A stretch of DNA of 64,000 bases from Bugula neritina (taxonomy: Eukaryota; Animalia; Bryozoa), in the NCBI GenBank assembly GCA_964035545.1, contig OZ037767.1, positions 22,770,628 through 22,834,627 of the forward strand, written 5' to 3'. Positions 30,501 to 45,500 of the stretch are shown here, piece by piece. The stretch's first letter is position 1. Each line of letters starts with the position of its first letter. The notes under the pieces were generated by a model. The model was not told the origin of the DNA, did not search any database, and saw nothing but the letters and a program-made list of their open reading frames with translations. The position numbers and the translations under genes were made by a program.

Positions 30501-33500
30501 TTTATTTGCTTAAATGTTTGTACAGGTCTGTTAATGCATTGATTTATTAACCTGCACACAGTCTGTTGCAGTTTCTTACGGCACTAACACAGCTGAAAGT
30601 TCAGATTCACATGTGGTTAATCGTAGCACCTAATAATACAGTTAGTGTGTAGTTGCAACTCACTGGTGTTTGTAGTTATAGAAATTAGTCTAATGAGAAG
30701 CAAATGTGTAGCGCATTGGCCAATTACTACTGAATTCTTTCCCAGCCCTTGACTTAAAGTGCCTGCCTTTGGACTAAGTGTGTCACTCTTACCTGCTGTA
30801 CACCCTCCCTACCTGCAGCACACTTCTACCTGCAGTACACTTCTACCTGCAGTACACTCCTACCTGCAGTACACTCCTACCTGCAGTACACTCCTACCTG
30901 CAGTACACTTCTACCTGCAGCACACTTCTACCTGCAGCCCTATCACCACCTGCAGTAACTGCTGCAACTGTTACAAGCTGATCAAACACAGCATGTATAT
31001 ACAGACTACTTGACTGAATAGTTCACATACTTCAAGTGCATCCTTCATGTGTTGCTTAGCATTCCTCCATCTTTTCTTCTATATTACCAGCTTTCCTGTT
31101 ACTGTAATATATAACTTACTATACCAGTAGTACTATAACCTGCTATACTAGTAGTACTTTAACCTACTTACTATATCAGTAGTACTATAACTTATTATAT
31201 CAGTAGTCCTATAACCTTCTGTGTGAGTAAAAAGTTACAAGAAAACAGAGTCAACCCCTAGCTGGGAGTCACCAAGACTTATACTAAAGTTTAGGCAAAG
31301 TTTTTTCAAGAAGCAAATTTTTGGCTCAAGCTTTTTGCAATAAATTCCTTTGCATAATAAAAGTTATATAAACCTATTATTATATGCTACAAAAAGGAGT
31401 TTTTATGGTTTACAAACACAAAAGACAAGATAAAACATTTTTAGTTAGATGAGTGATGCTATTCAAGTTGAAGGTTGGAATTGTTTCAAAGGGTATCATA
31501 TAGCTTTCTATATAAACTGTTGACATTCTCTACCCACTTATGTACCTACATATCTATCTACCTACCTGCCTACGTACCTACATATATACCTACGTACCTA
31601 CCTATGTACCTACCTACCTACATACCTACATATATACCTATGTACCTTCATATCTATCTACCTACGTATCTACCTATGTACCTACATATTCATATCAAAT
31701 CGTCTGATTTCAGAACCTGGAGTACCATGGGGTGATGAGGTTTCTGTTCCAAGACGCTGGAGCCAAGCTGGCCACAAAGTGTATCAGAGTGGCCAGTTCA
31801 GCCAACACTCAGAACGTGATTGAGACGCTGGTGGAGAAGTTCCGACCAGACATGAAGATGCTCACAACTCCCATATACCACCTGTATGAGGTCGACTCAA
31901 ATGGAGGTAGGGGTGTTTCTCTTTGCACTTAGCCACATGTCTGTATGCCTTGACCAGTGTATTTATTTGCCACTGGATCACATAGCAGTTGTGTAAGGAT
32001 TCACTTCACACCACGTTTACTTTTATTCACTGCCTGCTGCTAGAACTTGTTTGGTTTATTTTAGCTGAACGTCGACTTGATCTAAGCGAGTACCCATTGG
32101 AGGTCCAACTCAACTGGACTCGTGACGAAAAGGAAGGAAAGTTTGTACTCAGGAATGCAGCTCACAAGCCAATCAATGTACAGAAGGTAGGCCACGCCCT
32201 CTCCCGTGTTTATATACATGTGTGTAGTGTTGATAATATTTCAATTGTTTGTGATTTCGCCGGCTGCTTTGACGAAGTAAATTGTGCCAAATGGGATACT
32301 TTGACCACCCAGTTTTTCTTATGCAAGCAATTCTTGATTTTACTGTTGGGATACTGAAAATATTTTAATCTCATGAAATGCTTGTCATTCTGCTTTTAAT
32401 AACCAGAGTTTAGTCTCTGATAAGAGAAATAGTTTCCCACCTGCAATATAATGTTAAGGTTTATAATATAATGAAATAACCTGCACGGCATGACATTCCG
32501 TGAGGATTTAAGTACAAAAGTCTACCCACTTCAGCTAAGATGTCTAATAACCAGCTATTTACTTTCTACTGTATTTTATTTACGCTTCGAGTAGAAATCA
32601 ATGGGAGGTCTGTGCTGAATAGCAAACTAGTAACACATAAGGTAACTTTTTGCAGGCGGATAAAAATGAAAGCAGCTTTAAAAGAAAACTGAGCAAACGT
32701 GAGAAGAAAGAGCAAAAGAAGAGACAGGAGAAAGGGGGAGACGAAGACAAAGAAAATGATGTGAGTTTATAACCTTTTACTAACAGTATATACTCTTCAC
32801 TAACAGTGCATATGTGTACTGTATAGTATATACTCATCACTAACAGTGTATGTGTGTACTGTATAGTATATACTCATCACTAACAGTGTATGTGTGTACT
32901 GTATAGTATATACTCTTCACTAACAGTGTCTGTGTGTACTGTATAGTATATACTCTTCACTAACAGTGTCTGTGTGTACTGTATAGTATATACTCTTCAC
33001 TAACAGTGTATGTGTGTGCTGTACAGTATATACTCTTCACTAACAGTCTCTGTGTGTACTGTATAGTATATACTCTTCACTAACAGTGTATGTTTGTACT
33101 GTATAGTATATACTCTTCACTAATCATACTATTATGAGGTCAACTTAGTGTCAAATTTACTTCCTTTATGTGCTTCAAGAGCACACAACTCCTTACATCC
33201 TGCTTATTGCTGTTTTCCAGGAAGAACCTTCCGGAGTTTTTGTGAGAACCAAGTCCAACTCTGAGGCAGTTATGAAGCGGAGAAGAGAGCTGAAGGTGCA
33301 GAAGAAACTGGACGAGATCCAGAAGGAGGGGGACCACGGTGGTCTGCTCAAGATCCATGGTGACAGCTTGAACCCCGGTGTGCCGTACAAATCGCTGCTG
33401 CTCAGTGCCACAGACAGTGCTGCCTACGTTGTCAAGGAGATGCTGGATAAATATGGACTCAACAAGGCAGCCTCTGCAGATTACTGTCTAGTTCAGGTGT

Positions 33501-36500
33501 TCAACGCGAACGCTGGTGAAATTGGGGGTGGGCTCCGGCCCCAGGAGCACATCCTTCAGGACGATGAGTGCCCCCTGGCTATTCTTCAGCATCAAGTGAA
33601 TAGAGGTGACTGCTTGTTCCCATTTACTACTCTGCAACTTTCAGACAGCGTTTGTTTTATTCTAAGTTTGCTGTGGTTTAGGAGCATTCTATGTAAGTTT
33701 GCCATAGATTAGGCTTTCACAGTTAAATTTGGCCCATTTTGATATTCATATGTGACGGAAACCTGTTTTGATATTTATTTGTGAGGAAACTCACAAGGAA
33801 AAACAGTATCTTATTATTATATAAACTTTTCATCTTATTATAATATATAATTATCCACACACTTCCCATCTAGTTCCTTCTAAACTGTGTTGCTATGTGT
33901 TAAATGTATGTATTCAAGAAACTAGGTTCCAATACTGATGTAGTGATTATACCAAGACTCAGTGAATGCTGTATCCCTTCTCTCACCACTCCTCTCACTA
34001 CATCCCTTTTCCCAACACCCCTCTCACTACACCCCTTCTCCCAACACCCCTCTCCTAACACCCCTTCTCCCACTACCTCTCTCACTACTCCCCTTCTCCC
34101 ACCACCCCTCTCACTACACTCCTTCTCTCACTGCACCACTTCTCTCAAGACCTATTTTCACAAGGCCATGTTTAACCATTAGTCTTACTCTATCTGTTTA
34201 GGCAACGTGACGTTTGATGTGAGAAGAAGAGATGGAAAGAGGACAACTTCTGAAGACAAAGGAATTCCTTTTCTCTTGGAGCTTAATTTAGATGGCAGTG
34301 ATATCATGAAGCCTATGAAACATTTATTACACACAAACCTTACAGAAGTCGGCAGCATTGCCCAGCCTAGCAGCGGTCAACATCTAAGGGTAAGACTCCC
34401 CCCTTGCTAGTCAGAAAGATAAACTTATCTGTTTCAACTTGTCAGGGTTTGTCACTGACTGATATAGCAGGTCATATTCATGCCTCGCTGACTTTGCTCT
34501 GAGTTAAAAGGGTTGTGTAAACTTTGCAGTTGTTAATACAAAGAAGTTTAAGTGGAACCGTTAGCAGTCGGCTGCATCGTGAGAAGACCTCAAACCGCCA
34601 TCTAGTGGTATATTTGGAATGCAGTGAATTTGGCTTGCCTCAGAGATGCAAATTGATCTCTTACAGTTCTAGGTGTTGTAGACGTTGTTTTTCTATATTG
34701 CCTGCATGGAGTTTTCCTTGTTCTCAATGTTAAAGTATTGTAATATGCAAGTGCTGTTGAGGCGATTTGGAGTTGTTATCTCTGTATACATTAGTTGTAA
34801 TGAGGTGTGCTACCTGGTACGGTGCAGTGTGTAACTATAACGTGGCATGAGTTTGTAAAAAGCCTTTTACCTTTTTATATAGAAGACTGTATCCCATGTC
34901 ATTACTGGGCCACTTGCAGTATCCGGAGTTGTCTGCTATACCTTGAAATCTCTCTCTTGAAATAGTTTGCTATAATTTACAATTTTAGCTTCCAATCAGT
35001 AAAAAGCGTAGCTTTATATATAAAAGAGTTTTATGAGCTTCCGTGTCTTGTCAACTTGTAGCACCTTGTGTAGGTTGTCAAGATAGCAGCTGTATCTCAA
35101 AACAGTTGGATAGCGCAGAGGTTGATTATTAAGAGCATTGCAAGTGTTTATGTTGATTAGTAGTATTGTACTGATTTTTGGGTTGAATGATCATTAAATG
35201 TCGCGTATTTCCAGAATGGCTTGTATGAGGTGAATAGTTTGTTATAAGACCTTTAGTGAACTTTTGGAATGTGTTGAAATTGTATGATTCTACCAGATGG
35301 AAGGCTATAATGTTATTAGCAATATTCTAATACACACCAAGTATACAGCATGCATATATATATATATATATAGGCTTGCTGTGTGTTACAGTTATAGTTT
35401 GTTCTGACTTTTAAACTGTTGATTGTTAAAATGTAGATGATTGGCCCCACCATTGAGCCCCACCACGCAGTTATAGCCAACATTGAGGGCGTGGTCACAG
35501 TGACACCAATTGCACCCGAAGCCGAATGCTACGTAGAAGGGAAGCGTATCTTTGAGACTACGGTACTCAAACATGGCAAGGTTGTTAGGTTCGGCCACCA
35601 CCATGCATTCAGGTTCTTTGATCCATCGGAAGATGAGGTAAGAGCTTATGGTGAAGGAGATTAAAATAAATTGTGTGCGAAAGGTTCGGGCAGAACTCTT
35701 GGGCTAAGTCGTATTGTTGTTACTTGCAGGTGAGAAAGAGGAATATGCCTGAAGGTGTTGATGGCGTAGAGAATGGTCCCTTAGGCTACAGTCCTCGTAT
35801 GGATGACGTCCTGCCAGCTGGTTTAGAGTTCAGAGATGAAGGTGAGCTACACATCTTACTAGTAGATGCTGCAAAACTGTGTTAACTTTGCTACAATCAA
35901 CATACATTGCCAACATTACTACTTGCTATATGTGTAAATTCCCACTAAAATGACAAAACACTTTGAACACATAGGCCCGTTCATTCCCTATGCTTTCCAT
36001 GTACTAACTTGTTGTAATGTGTGACAGGGGAAGACGGCTTTCTATTCTCTGTCATAACTGAAGTAACGGAAGGGATCTGCCAGTTCAAGTTGGCCCCGTG
36101 CTACACGGTGTATTTAGCCTGCAGGTACAGAGTAGATAGACTACAACAGGGCATGTCTCTTGACGAACACCTACATAAACTGCTCATGTTCTGTAACAAG
36201 GTACGTCAGTTTACATCCTCTTGCAGTACATTCTATATTGTGCTACAGCATATTCGGTAAAAACCTTCTTATATATCGTGATACACCATTATATATGATA
36301 ATACACTTTCTTATATGATAATGCACCAACATATATTGTATATCATGATACATCATTATATATCGTAATACACCATCATATATTGTGATAGGTGAGTTAT
36401 TTGATCAGAGACTGCGTGAACCGATATAAAGGCTCACCGCAAGAGCTTGCCTTCTGGATGGCAAACATGTCTGAACTTCTGCACTTCTTCAAGATGGACA

Positions 36501-39500
36501 AAGATCTCCAAAAACAGTCTCAGCAAGCTCAAGTTAGTTTCTCTTCTACACTAAGTTATACTTTCTTATCTGTAAAGTTGGTCTAGAATCATATTCACTA
36601 TTATATTCCCCTACAATAAGTACCCTGGTAATGCTAATCTTACTCTAGTATTGGTCAACGTAGTAAGGTCATGTTGATTGAAAAATATTGTGTGGACACA
36701 ACTCCTTTGAAAGGAAATATGATCATGCAATAAAATATTCTGGAATTATGGATACAATCAGAAGTTGTTTAAATCTTTTCTCAAATGCTTTTCAACCTTT
36801 TCAACTCGTTTAACTTACATCTATTGATTGATTATTGGATTGGCTGAAGAATTTTGGTCAGAAAATTGAAATAACGTGGCTTTTTATATTGCTGTGTTTT
36901 GAAGCCAACACCAGAAGCAATGATTTGAAGCATGTTGTGTGTTTTGTAGAATGTGTTAGCTAGCACAGTGCAAGATGCGTTCAAAGAGCTGGTGTATATT
37001 ATGCAAGGTGATCTCTACTCCAGTATGCCAGCCTTCCTTGCAGAAGGCGACAGTGACGTTGAAGCAGGTGTGTATATGTCGTAGTAACTTGAGGTATAGT
37101 GTATGGTGACAAGTGGTGATGTTATCTCTTGTCCTTTCTGTGTTCTCTTAATTTTTCAGATTCTACAAGTTTATATCACAAACATATTTTAGTATAATAT
37201 GATTATATACAGTATATACTATACATACACTATCTGCTGTACATAATGTACATGTACATAAAGTATGTATATTAGAGACAGTATGTACTGTACATAATGA
37301 ACTCACTGTATATACAGTACATCCTGAGTGGTCTGTTAATACTCTGTATTATATTTTGTTCAGAGAGACATGGGGTGGAAGCTGGACGTCCTAGTATAGG
37401 TATATCATGGTACTATGTAGTGATACCAACATATCTAGTAGAACGTATCTAGTAGAACGTATCTAGTAGTATGTCTGTAGTATGTAGTATCCTGCTTTAT
37501 TTAGAAGACATTGTCTACTAAACCAGCCATCTTCCTGCAAGTTATTGAAGCCGTTAATGCTGTTGTAGAACCTTATATTGTATTGTACGTTGTACAGTGT
37601 TTCCAGAACATTCTTTCATCCCCTCCTCAATCCTCCCCAGCGTGTCTGCTGCTCTCTCCTTTCCGTACTTTCTTAGTCATCACAACTCTCTGATTCGTCG
37701 GTACATTCTTGTTAATGTACCTCGTGTGGGTGAAGCTTCCCTCCTCTAACCCATACATGTAGTTGTTCAAAGAAGTAAATTTTGTATTCCCAAGAATTGT
37801 CTTGCCTTGATTTCCCTGGAATCCCACCATCCTCAAACATGTGTCCTTAAACTAAGAGTTCAGATAATTTATTGAGTGGTATTATAGCTGAATTGGTTGT
37901 GTGAATAGCATTTCCTGTGATCTTTCTTTAGTGATACGGTAATAATTCAACCCTCGAAATTCTGTACTAGTGTTAGACCAACCATTTCTTTCATTTGGGT
38001 AAATATCATTCTCGCTCATGTCTTGCTATTCTATCTAGCTGTAGAACAGGCCTATTAGGTTGTTGATTTCACGTTTCAGCTAAATTCTATAAATTTCTAC
38101 TTTGTCTTTCTAATAACAAACCATTGCTAGAACTATAATGTACTAATACTCCTGCTATTTTCTTCTCTTCTCAGATGATAATACTAATGATTTAATACTG
38201 TTTCTCCTTCAGGGGAAGTACTTCATGTGCTGTCATCTGCCATGTCGCTTCTCAGACGCTGCCGTGTCAATGCTGCCCTCACTATTCAACTCTTCTCACA
38301 GCTGTTCCACTTTATCAACATGTGGCTGTTCAACAAGCTAGTGATGGAGCCCCATCTGGGACTCATCACCAGACAGTGGGGCGTACGGCTCAAAAGGAGG
38401 CTGCACCGAGTGGAGGCTTGGGCCGAGAAACAGGGTCTCGAGCTAGCCGCAGATTGCCATTTGTGTCGTATCAGTCAGGTGCAGTATATAACTGTGTAAT
38501 ATACATATAATATGTTGCTCTAACATATATCATCAGTTGCACACCATGTCTGCACATACTAAGTGTTGATAGGGGAGACTCACACTATAGCCATCTGTGC
38601 AATTATAAGTGGACTGGACACTGTGAATACACCTCCATGTTGATTCTGTTGCAGGCAGCGCACCTGCTCCAGGCACCGAAGCATAGTGCTGACGACATCG
38701 CCTCCATCAGCTCTCTCTGCTTCAAACTCAACTCAGTGCAGCTGAGAGCTTTATTAGAGCAGTATAAGCCAGAGCCTGGGGAGATGCCACAAGTACCTCA
38801 GGTATAGCATGTTGTCTCACTGTAGTGTATACTGTCACTACTGTAGTGTATACTGTCACTACTGTAGTGTGTACTGTTACTCTGTAGTGTATACTGTTAC
38901 TATGTAGTGTGTACTGTTACTGCTGTAGTGTGTACTGTCACTACTGTAGTGTGTACTGTTACTCTGTAGTGTGTACTGTTACTATGTAGTGTGTACTGTT
39001 ACTGCTGTAGTGTGTACTGTTACTCTGTAGTGTATACTGTTACTGCTGTAGTGTATACTGTTACTGCTGTAGTGTGTACTGTTACTATGTAGTGTATACT
39101 GTTACTGCTGTAGTGTGTACTATTACTGCTGTAGTGTGTACTTTTACTCTGTAGTGTAAGCTGTTACTACTGTAGTGTGTACTGTTACTCTGTAGTGTGT
39201 ACTGTTACTCTGTAGTGTATACTGTTACTCTGTAGAATGTGATAGAGAGTGTAGTCAGCGTAGCACGTAGCACTGCTGATGACCTCACCAGATCTGAAGG
39301 CAGAGAGGTCACTCTCAATGAAGACGCTGACTTACAGCTGCCTTTCCTACTTCCTGAAGACGGATACAGCTCTGACATCATCAAGGGAGTGCCTCAAGGT
39401 GTGTGGAGTTGTCTCTCTCTTGTGTTACACTGTAATATTCTACCTACGCTGTAATACTCTACTTACGCTGTAATACTCTACCTACGCTGTAATATTCTAC

Positions 39501-42500
39501 CTACCCTGTAATATTCCACCTATGCTGTAATACTCTACTTACGCTGTAATACTCTACCTACACTGTAATACTCTACCTGCTCTGTAATACTCTACCTACT
39601 CTGTAATACTCTACCTACACTGTAATACTCTACCTACTCTGTAATACTCTATCTACACTGTAATACTCTACCTACACTGTAATACTCTACCTACACTGTA
39701 ATACTCTACCTATCTGTTTATCGGCCATTAGTCATGACTCTGAATTCAATGTAATGTATTTCTTGGTAGTTAAAGTGTCATATTTGGAGGTGAAAGAAGT
39801 TAGTTCAGTTGTATTTGTATATTTATATGTCGTGCATTGCTCGTTCCTGCAGGTCTAGCCGATTTCCTAGAGCCTGCGATGGGAGACGGGCTGTGTAGAC
39901 TAACCCCCCTTCCCACTCCCACTGGTAGTTGGCAAGTCTTCATGAACGAGCTGGACGAAGACAGTCAAGAGGATGACGCAATGTTGCCACCTGGCCAGCC
40001 GGGCGTACCGAATGTTCCCGATAGTCACGGAGATGGAAGACAACCACCGCTGGTGGATGTTGACGGACACATGCATCTGCCTGCTGAGCCCGAGATTATA
40101 CACATACAGTTGCACAAGGTGAAGGGCAGCATGGGACTGAGCATTGTGGCTGCTAAGGTGAGCTTGATTTTTCCAGCGGCATCTGCCATCCCTGCAGACG
40201 CAGTAAACTGACACGTCTGCGTTAATCAGAAATTATTTCGCTTGTCTTTCTTACATGCACTGCAATGCAGGTACTGTTGGGAATATAATAGCACAGCAAG
40301 TATACTTTATATACCTTGTAGGGCGAGTCTCAGGTAGAGAAAGGTATTTACGTGAAATCAGTGGTGACAGGGGGCGCTGCTGATCAGGATGGTAACTTGA
40401 AGGCGGGCGACCAGCTGCTGGAGGTCGACAGCAAGAGTCTAGTGGGGCTGACGCAGGAACGAGCGGCTGACCTCATGAAGGATACTGGCCAAGTGGTGGA
40501 CCTAGTTGTTGTAAAGCAGGGGGCCATCTATCATGGCCTGGCTACACTCCTTAATCAGCCCACCCCGCCTATGTCAAGGCCAGGTGGCCATCCACTCCCT
40601 GCTCAAGATAATCCGTCATACATGGTGCAGAGCAAGTCAACACCAATGCTAAACGGTGAGATTTCCTGTAACTATACTGTAGTAATTGTATATTATATGT
40701 ATATTACTATATCTACTGTACATGTGTATTATATATAATACTGTATATGTCTACTGTACCTGTGTATATGTAACGTATGCAGACGACAGCTATGACCAAA
40801 GTTTGCCCAGATTCGGAGGAGGTGCAGCAGAGGACATGAGATCAAAATCTCAGGGTAACCTGATGAGAGAAGATGAGAGAGGGAGGTGGCAGCAACAGCC
40901 TACCATATCTCCTCCGGGAGACAACAGGTCTGTCTACAAGTATCTCTACAGTATATTACTACTAGTATCTCTACAGTGTATTACTACAAGTATCTCTACA
41001 GTATATTACTACAACTATCTCTAGAGTGTATTACTACAAGTATATCTACAGTGTATTATTACAAGTATCATGTGTGTTGTTTGTTTCAGAGCCGATGCTG
41101 ATAGTCCAAATTATCAAAATCTTCCAGAAAACTTGGCACCCGGCCAGAGATCTGCCCCACACTACAGAGATGGTGGGAGCGGTCCTGGCCCCGTGCCTGC
41201 TGGCCAGATGACAAACAGACCTCGGTCTGAGTTTGTTGACCCCAACTGGTATCCTCCACCTCCAGATGATCGTCACCAGCCGATATACCAGAACCACCAG
41301 ATTGGTAAACCGCGGCCAGGGTAAGTGTTGTAGTGTGTTTGCAGTGTGACCTAGCTTATCTGTGGGTATTTAGCTCCAAGTAGAGTATAAGTTATGGTCT
41401 AACCAACTGTAGATATGACGATAGAGAATTACCTTCACCTCCTGGCAACGAGAGACCCCCACCTGTACCGCCTCACCCATCTGAGGAGGACCAACTCCCC
41501 CTACCACCCCCTCCCTCTAGTGACTACATGAACTATCACATAGGCAGTGCTCCTCCCCCCAAGCCTAGCCAACCGAGCATGTCACAGCAGAGACCCAGGT
41601 GTGTATTCTCTTCTGTTTTACCAGAATTCCATATTCCAACCGCTAATAGGCCCAGCTACTTGCTTTCTTACATTAATATTTCCAGTCAATCAATATGTGA
41701 ATATCTAGTAAGAAGCTCCGGTGTATTTCTGTAGAATGGATGCACCTTCAGATCCCAGATATAGCAGACCAGACCAGAGAGGACCTCCAGAGGCCCCGAG
41801 GGCAGCTGCAGAGCTTCCTCCATGGGCCAGAGGCGCTCAGAGGCCTCCTGGCCCTGTCCCGAGTGCTGGGCCAGTTCGAGGGGGTCCACCATCCCCCCGC
41901 AGTCCAACTAGTCAGCAGCCCGCTCGGCCAGGTTTTCATCCTCAAGGTTCACGACCCTTGCAGCCGGGTGACCTGATGAGAGGACCTCCAGTCATCCAGC
42001 CCTACAGACCACCAGTCCCCGGGGACTCATATAGGGGACCCCCAGTCAGGGGCCCCCAACCCATGGACCCATATCGGGCACCAGGTCCCAGGCAACCCAT
42101 AAGGCCAGTGAGTAATCAAGTCTATCAGAGTCAGCCAATGAGAATGCAGAGACCACCAGCAAATCAACAAATGCCACCCAATCAGATGAATCACAACACG
42201 ATGAGTAAAGATGGCGACTCTAGAAGGTGAGACTCTAGCAGTAAACCCAGTAGTGTGTGTATGGTGTGTGTATAGTGTATATAGTGTGTGTATGATTTTT
42301 GTATAGTGTGCGTATAGTGAATGTATAGTATGTGTATAGTGTGTGTATGGTGTAAGTATAGTGTGTGTATAGTGTGTATAGTGTATGTATGATGTATGTA
42401 TAGTGTATGTATAGTGTGTATAGTGTATGTATGATGTATGTATGATGTATGTATAGTATCTTTATAATGTAGTATTCTACAAGGCGGTATGCTACTAACA

Positions 42501-45500
42501 TATGTACACATGACGTCTTCACTCACGGTGTCTGTTGTTACAGGATGTCAGATGACAGACGGATGGCGCGGGAAGATAGTATCAGAGACTTGGAGTCTAA
42601 ACCGTACCGCTCTACGGAGGAGGAGGAGCGTCTGGGTCGTCTCCGCTTAGACTCAGAGTTTGAGAGGAGAGCCGAGATGGCCAGAAATGAGTCAGAGGAT
42701 GATGGCTCTATGGTGAGTCATAGTTAATGATTCATCCGTCTGGTGTAATAGAGATGATATAGTTCAGTTCATTACTTTGTTTTCAACTCATTTTTTCTCC
42801 ATGCTGAATCTTTCCTAAGACAGCTGACTTGAGTTCACCCTGTTTTTAGAATCGCCCATATGCCAGTGGACCAATGCTTCCCAATAGGGGGTACCAGCAG
42901 CCTCCCCCACCCCAGCTGCAAGGTATTCGCAGGTAGGAATTTCTCTTATATGTTCACATAACCTGTTTGTAGGTTGATCACAATGTTGTGCTATATCCAC
43001 CATTTTATACACATGTTCACCTCCGCTACTCAACACACAGTTTCTTCTGCTAGTAACTCTTGTGATCTTCTCTCTTTGCTCCGATTCATGCTCAAACCTT
43101 GTTCTGGTGTCCGGCTTTTGGCAACTAAAATTTAGGCAATTTGTAACTTTGTTGTATTTAGTTCGGTGAAATGTTCCTCCATGCTTCATACACTGAATTA
43201 ATTTTTATGTAGCTGATGCTTCACTGTTTGGCATCATATTTTATGTAAGACAGGGTGTGAGGGTCATTTCATATGCAGGCTTATAAAGAGCTGTTGCACT
43301 TAAACTATTCGCTTACGACTACTGGTTGCATATTTCAATGTCAGTGTTTCTCTTTAGGGCTGGGCTGCCCGCCCACTCGCAGGCTCCACCCACCTCACAG
43401 GTAGATTCCGCCTCCTCAGTCAAACGGGACATGCTTCAGAGTAAGACTGTAACGTTTAAACCTGCATACCGGGGCGATGAAACCATACGACCAGGAGATT
43501 TCTCTAAACACACTCTGAAACAGGATGACAACAGGTAACTTAGTGGTAGCCGTGCCACACTGCAGTACTCTGGCTCATCTCTCGTGTCTGTCTAATGTAA
43601 CAAACTAACGACAGTACTGTATTATATTGTATTATACTGTATTATACTGTATACTCGACATTCAGTATTAAATGTTCTCTTATTATTGCAGAGCACCCGA
43701 TTTCCAGCGGAACCAAAGGGTGAGTCACCCAACTCTGTGATCCCACAATATTACTACTACTATATATGTATATGTATATACGTATATGTGTATATCCGTA
43801 TATATGTATATGTGTATATGTATATGCATATATGCGTATATGTGTATATGTATATCCATATATGTATATATGTATAAATGTGTATCCGTATATGTGAACT
43901 GTAGTATAACTATATAACTGTCAGCCCTTAGATTGGCTAATCACTGCTTTTCCATTGCTTCGAACGGATCTGCACGGATGGATTTGTGGTTGCGGTTTTC
44001 ATTAACTTGTGATTTCATTCGATGCAACTGTTTCCAAACCCTGAATGAAAAATCCATTCGGGTAATGTGAAGCAATGGAAACGCAGTGTATGTCCGTCTC
44101 GTATATTCCTTTACTCTGTAAAACCACTGTTTGATTTCTGTTAGCTGTGTGCACACTGTTGCTATGTTTCCACTTCCTGTGTGATGTCAAAGGTTCCGAG
44201 ACGCTTGCAATATGGTCGCATGATTTTCAACGGCATTTTCTCAAACTGTAATGTCACAATATTTCTAATTGACGTTTAATTTCTTGGAACATTTGAGTAT
44301 CATGCTTATAAATCTGTACGAGTGTCACGGAGCGCTTGAGTTGTAACACATTAGAATATTTTGGGTTTACAGTATGTAGTCAATATGTGCATGCAGTCCT
44401 TCTTAGCTGCTCTTGGGTATATTTACTAGTATGTACTCGCATATACACTTAAATGACTAGTATATACACTTACACTACTAGTATATACACTTACACGACT
44501 ATATATACACTTACACGACCAGTATATACACTTACATGACTAGCATATACACTCACATGACTAGTAGATACACTTACATAATTAGTATATACACTTACAC
44601 CTCTAGTATATATACTTACACGACTAGTATATACACTTACACTACTAGTTTATACACTTACACTACTAGTATATACACTTACATGACTAGTATATACACT
44701 AACACGACTAGTATATACACTTACATGACTATATATACACTTACATGACTATATATACACTTACACGACTAGTATATACACTTACTCGACTGGTAGATAC
44801 CCGAGTATCACCTGCTATTGGTTCTGTTATTATTTGGTGCATGCTCACTGCTGCTTCTAGGACCAGTCTTCCTATTCGCTAAGCACAACCGACAGAGAGG
44901 TTCTCAGGTCACGTCTGGAAGAGGTAGGACCTCCATCTCTACCTTACACCTTGTCCCAGTACTACACTGCATGCACACTTCCACTTATGTATTGATATGT
45001 GTTTCGTTTCCACTCCTACCACTTTCTTTTTTCCGTGATTGTCTTCTATTTGAATACATGTGGCGGCTAAGTGTGTTCTAGCGAGCACACTCACACAACT
45101 CTGTTACATACAGTAGTAACTGCAGCATTACACCAGCCAATTGTTTGTGTTTAGGAGCTGCGAGAGAAACAAAGGAGAGATGCTCAAGATTCTAGACGGC
45201 CGTTTCACCATCAAGACTCTGTAAGCACCAATTTGTAGTTTGTAACGCTGCCATCCCAGACTCTGTAGTCTCACCACTCATATTTTTCTTCCTCTCAACG
45301 CATTGGGTGACAAGTTTAGTTGGTGATTGGTTTATTTGTCGTTGAAGGATCGAATGATGAACCAAGGGCGTTACGGAGCTGAGCCTGGACCTATGCCTGC
45401 ACAACCAGTGCAACACCGACCTCCTGGGCCTCCAGGTCCAGCCTATGGGCCTGGAGGTCTAGCTCCTGCTGGACCACCTGGACCACAAAGAGGTAAACAG

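Noticed and set aside
37511-37836. Coding-looking antisense stretch in an afadin intron
   Set aside because: Short frames with no recognisable motif; possibly a decayed repeat but unsupported.
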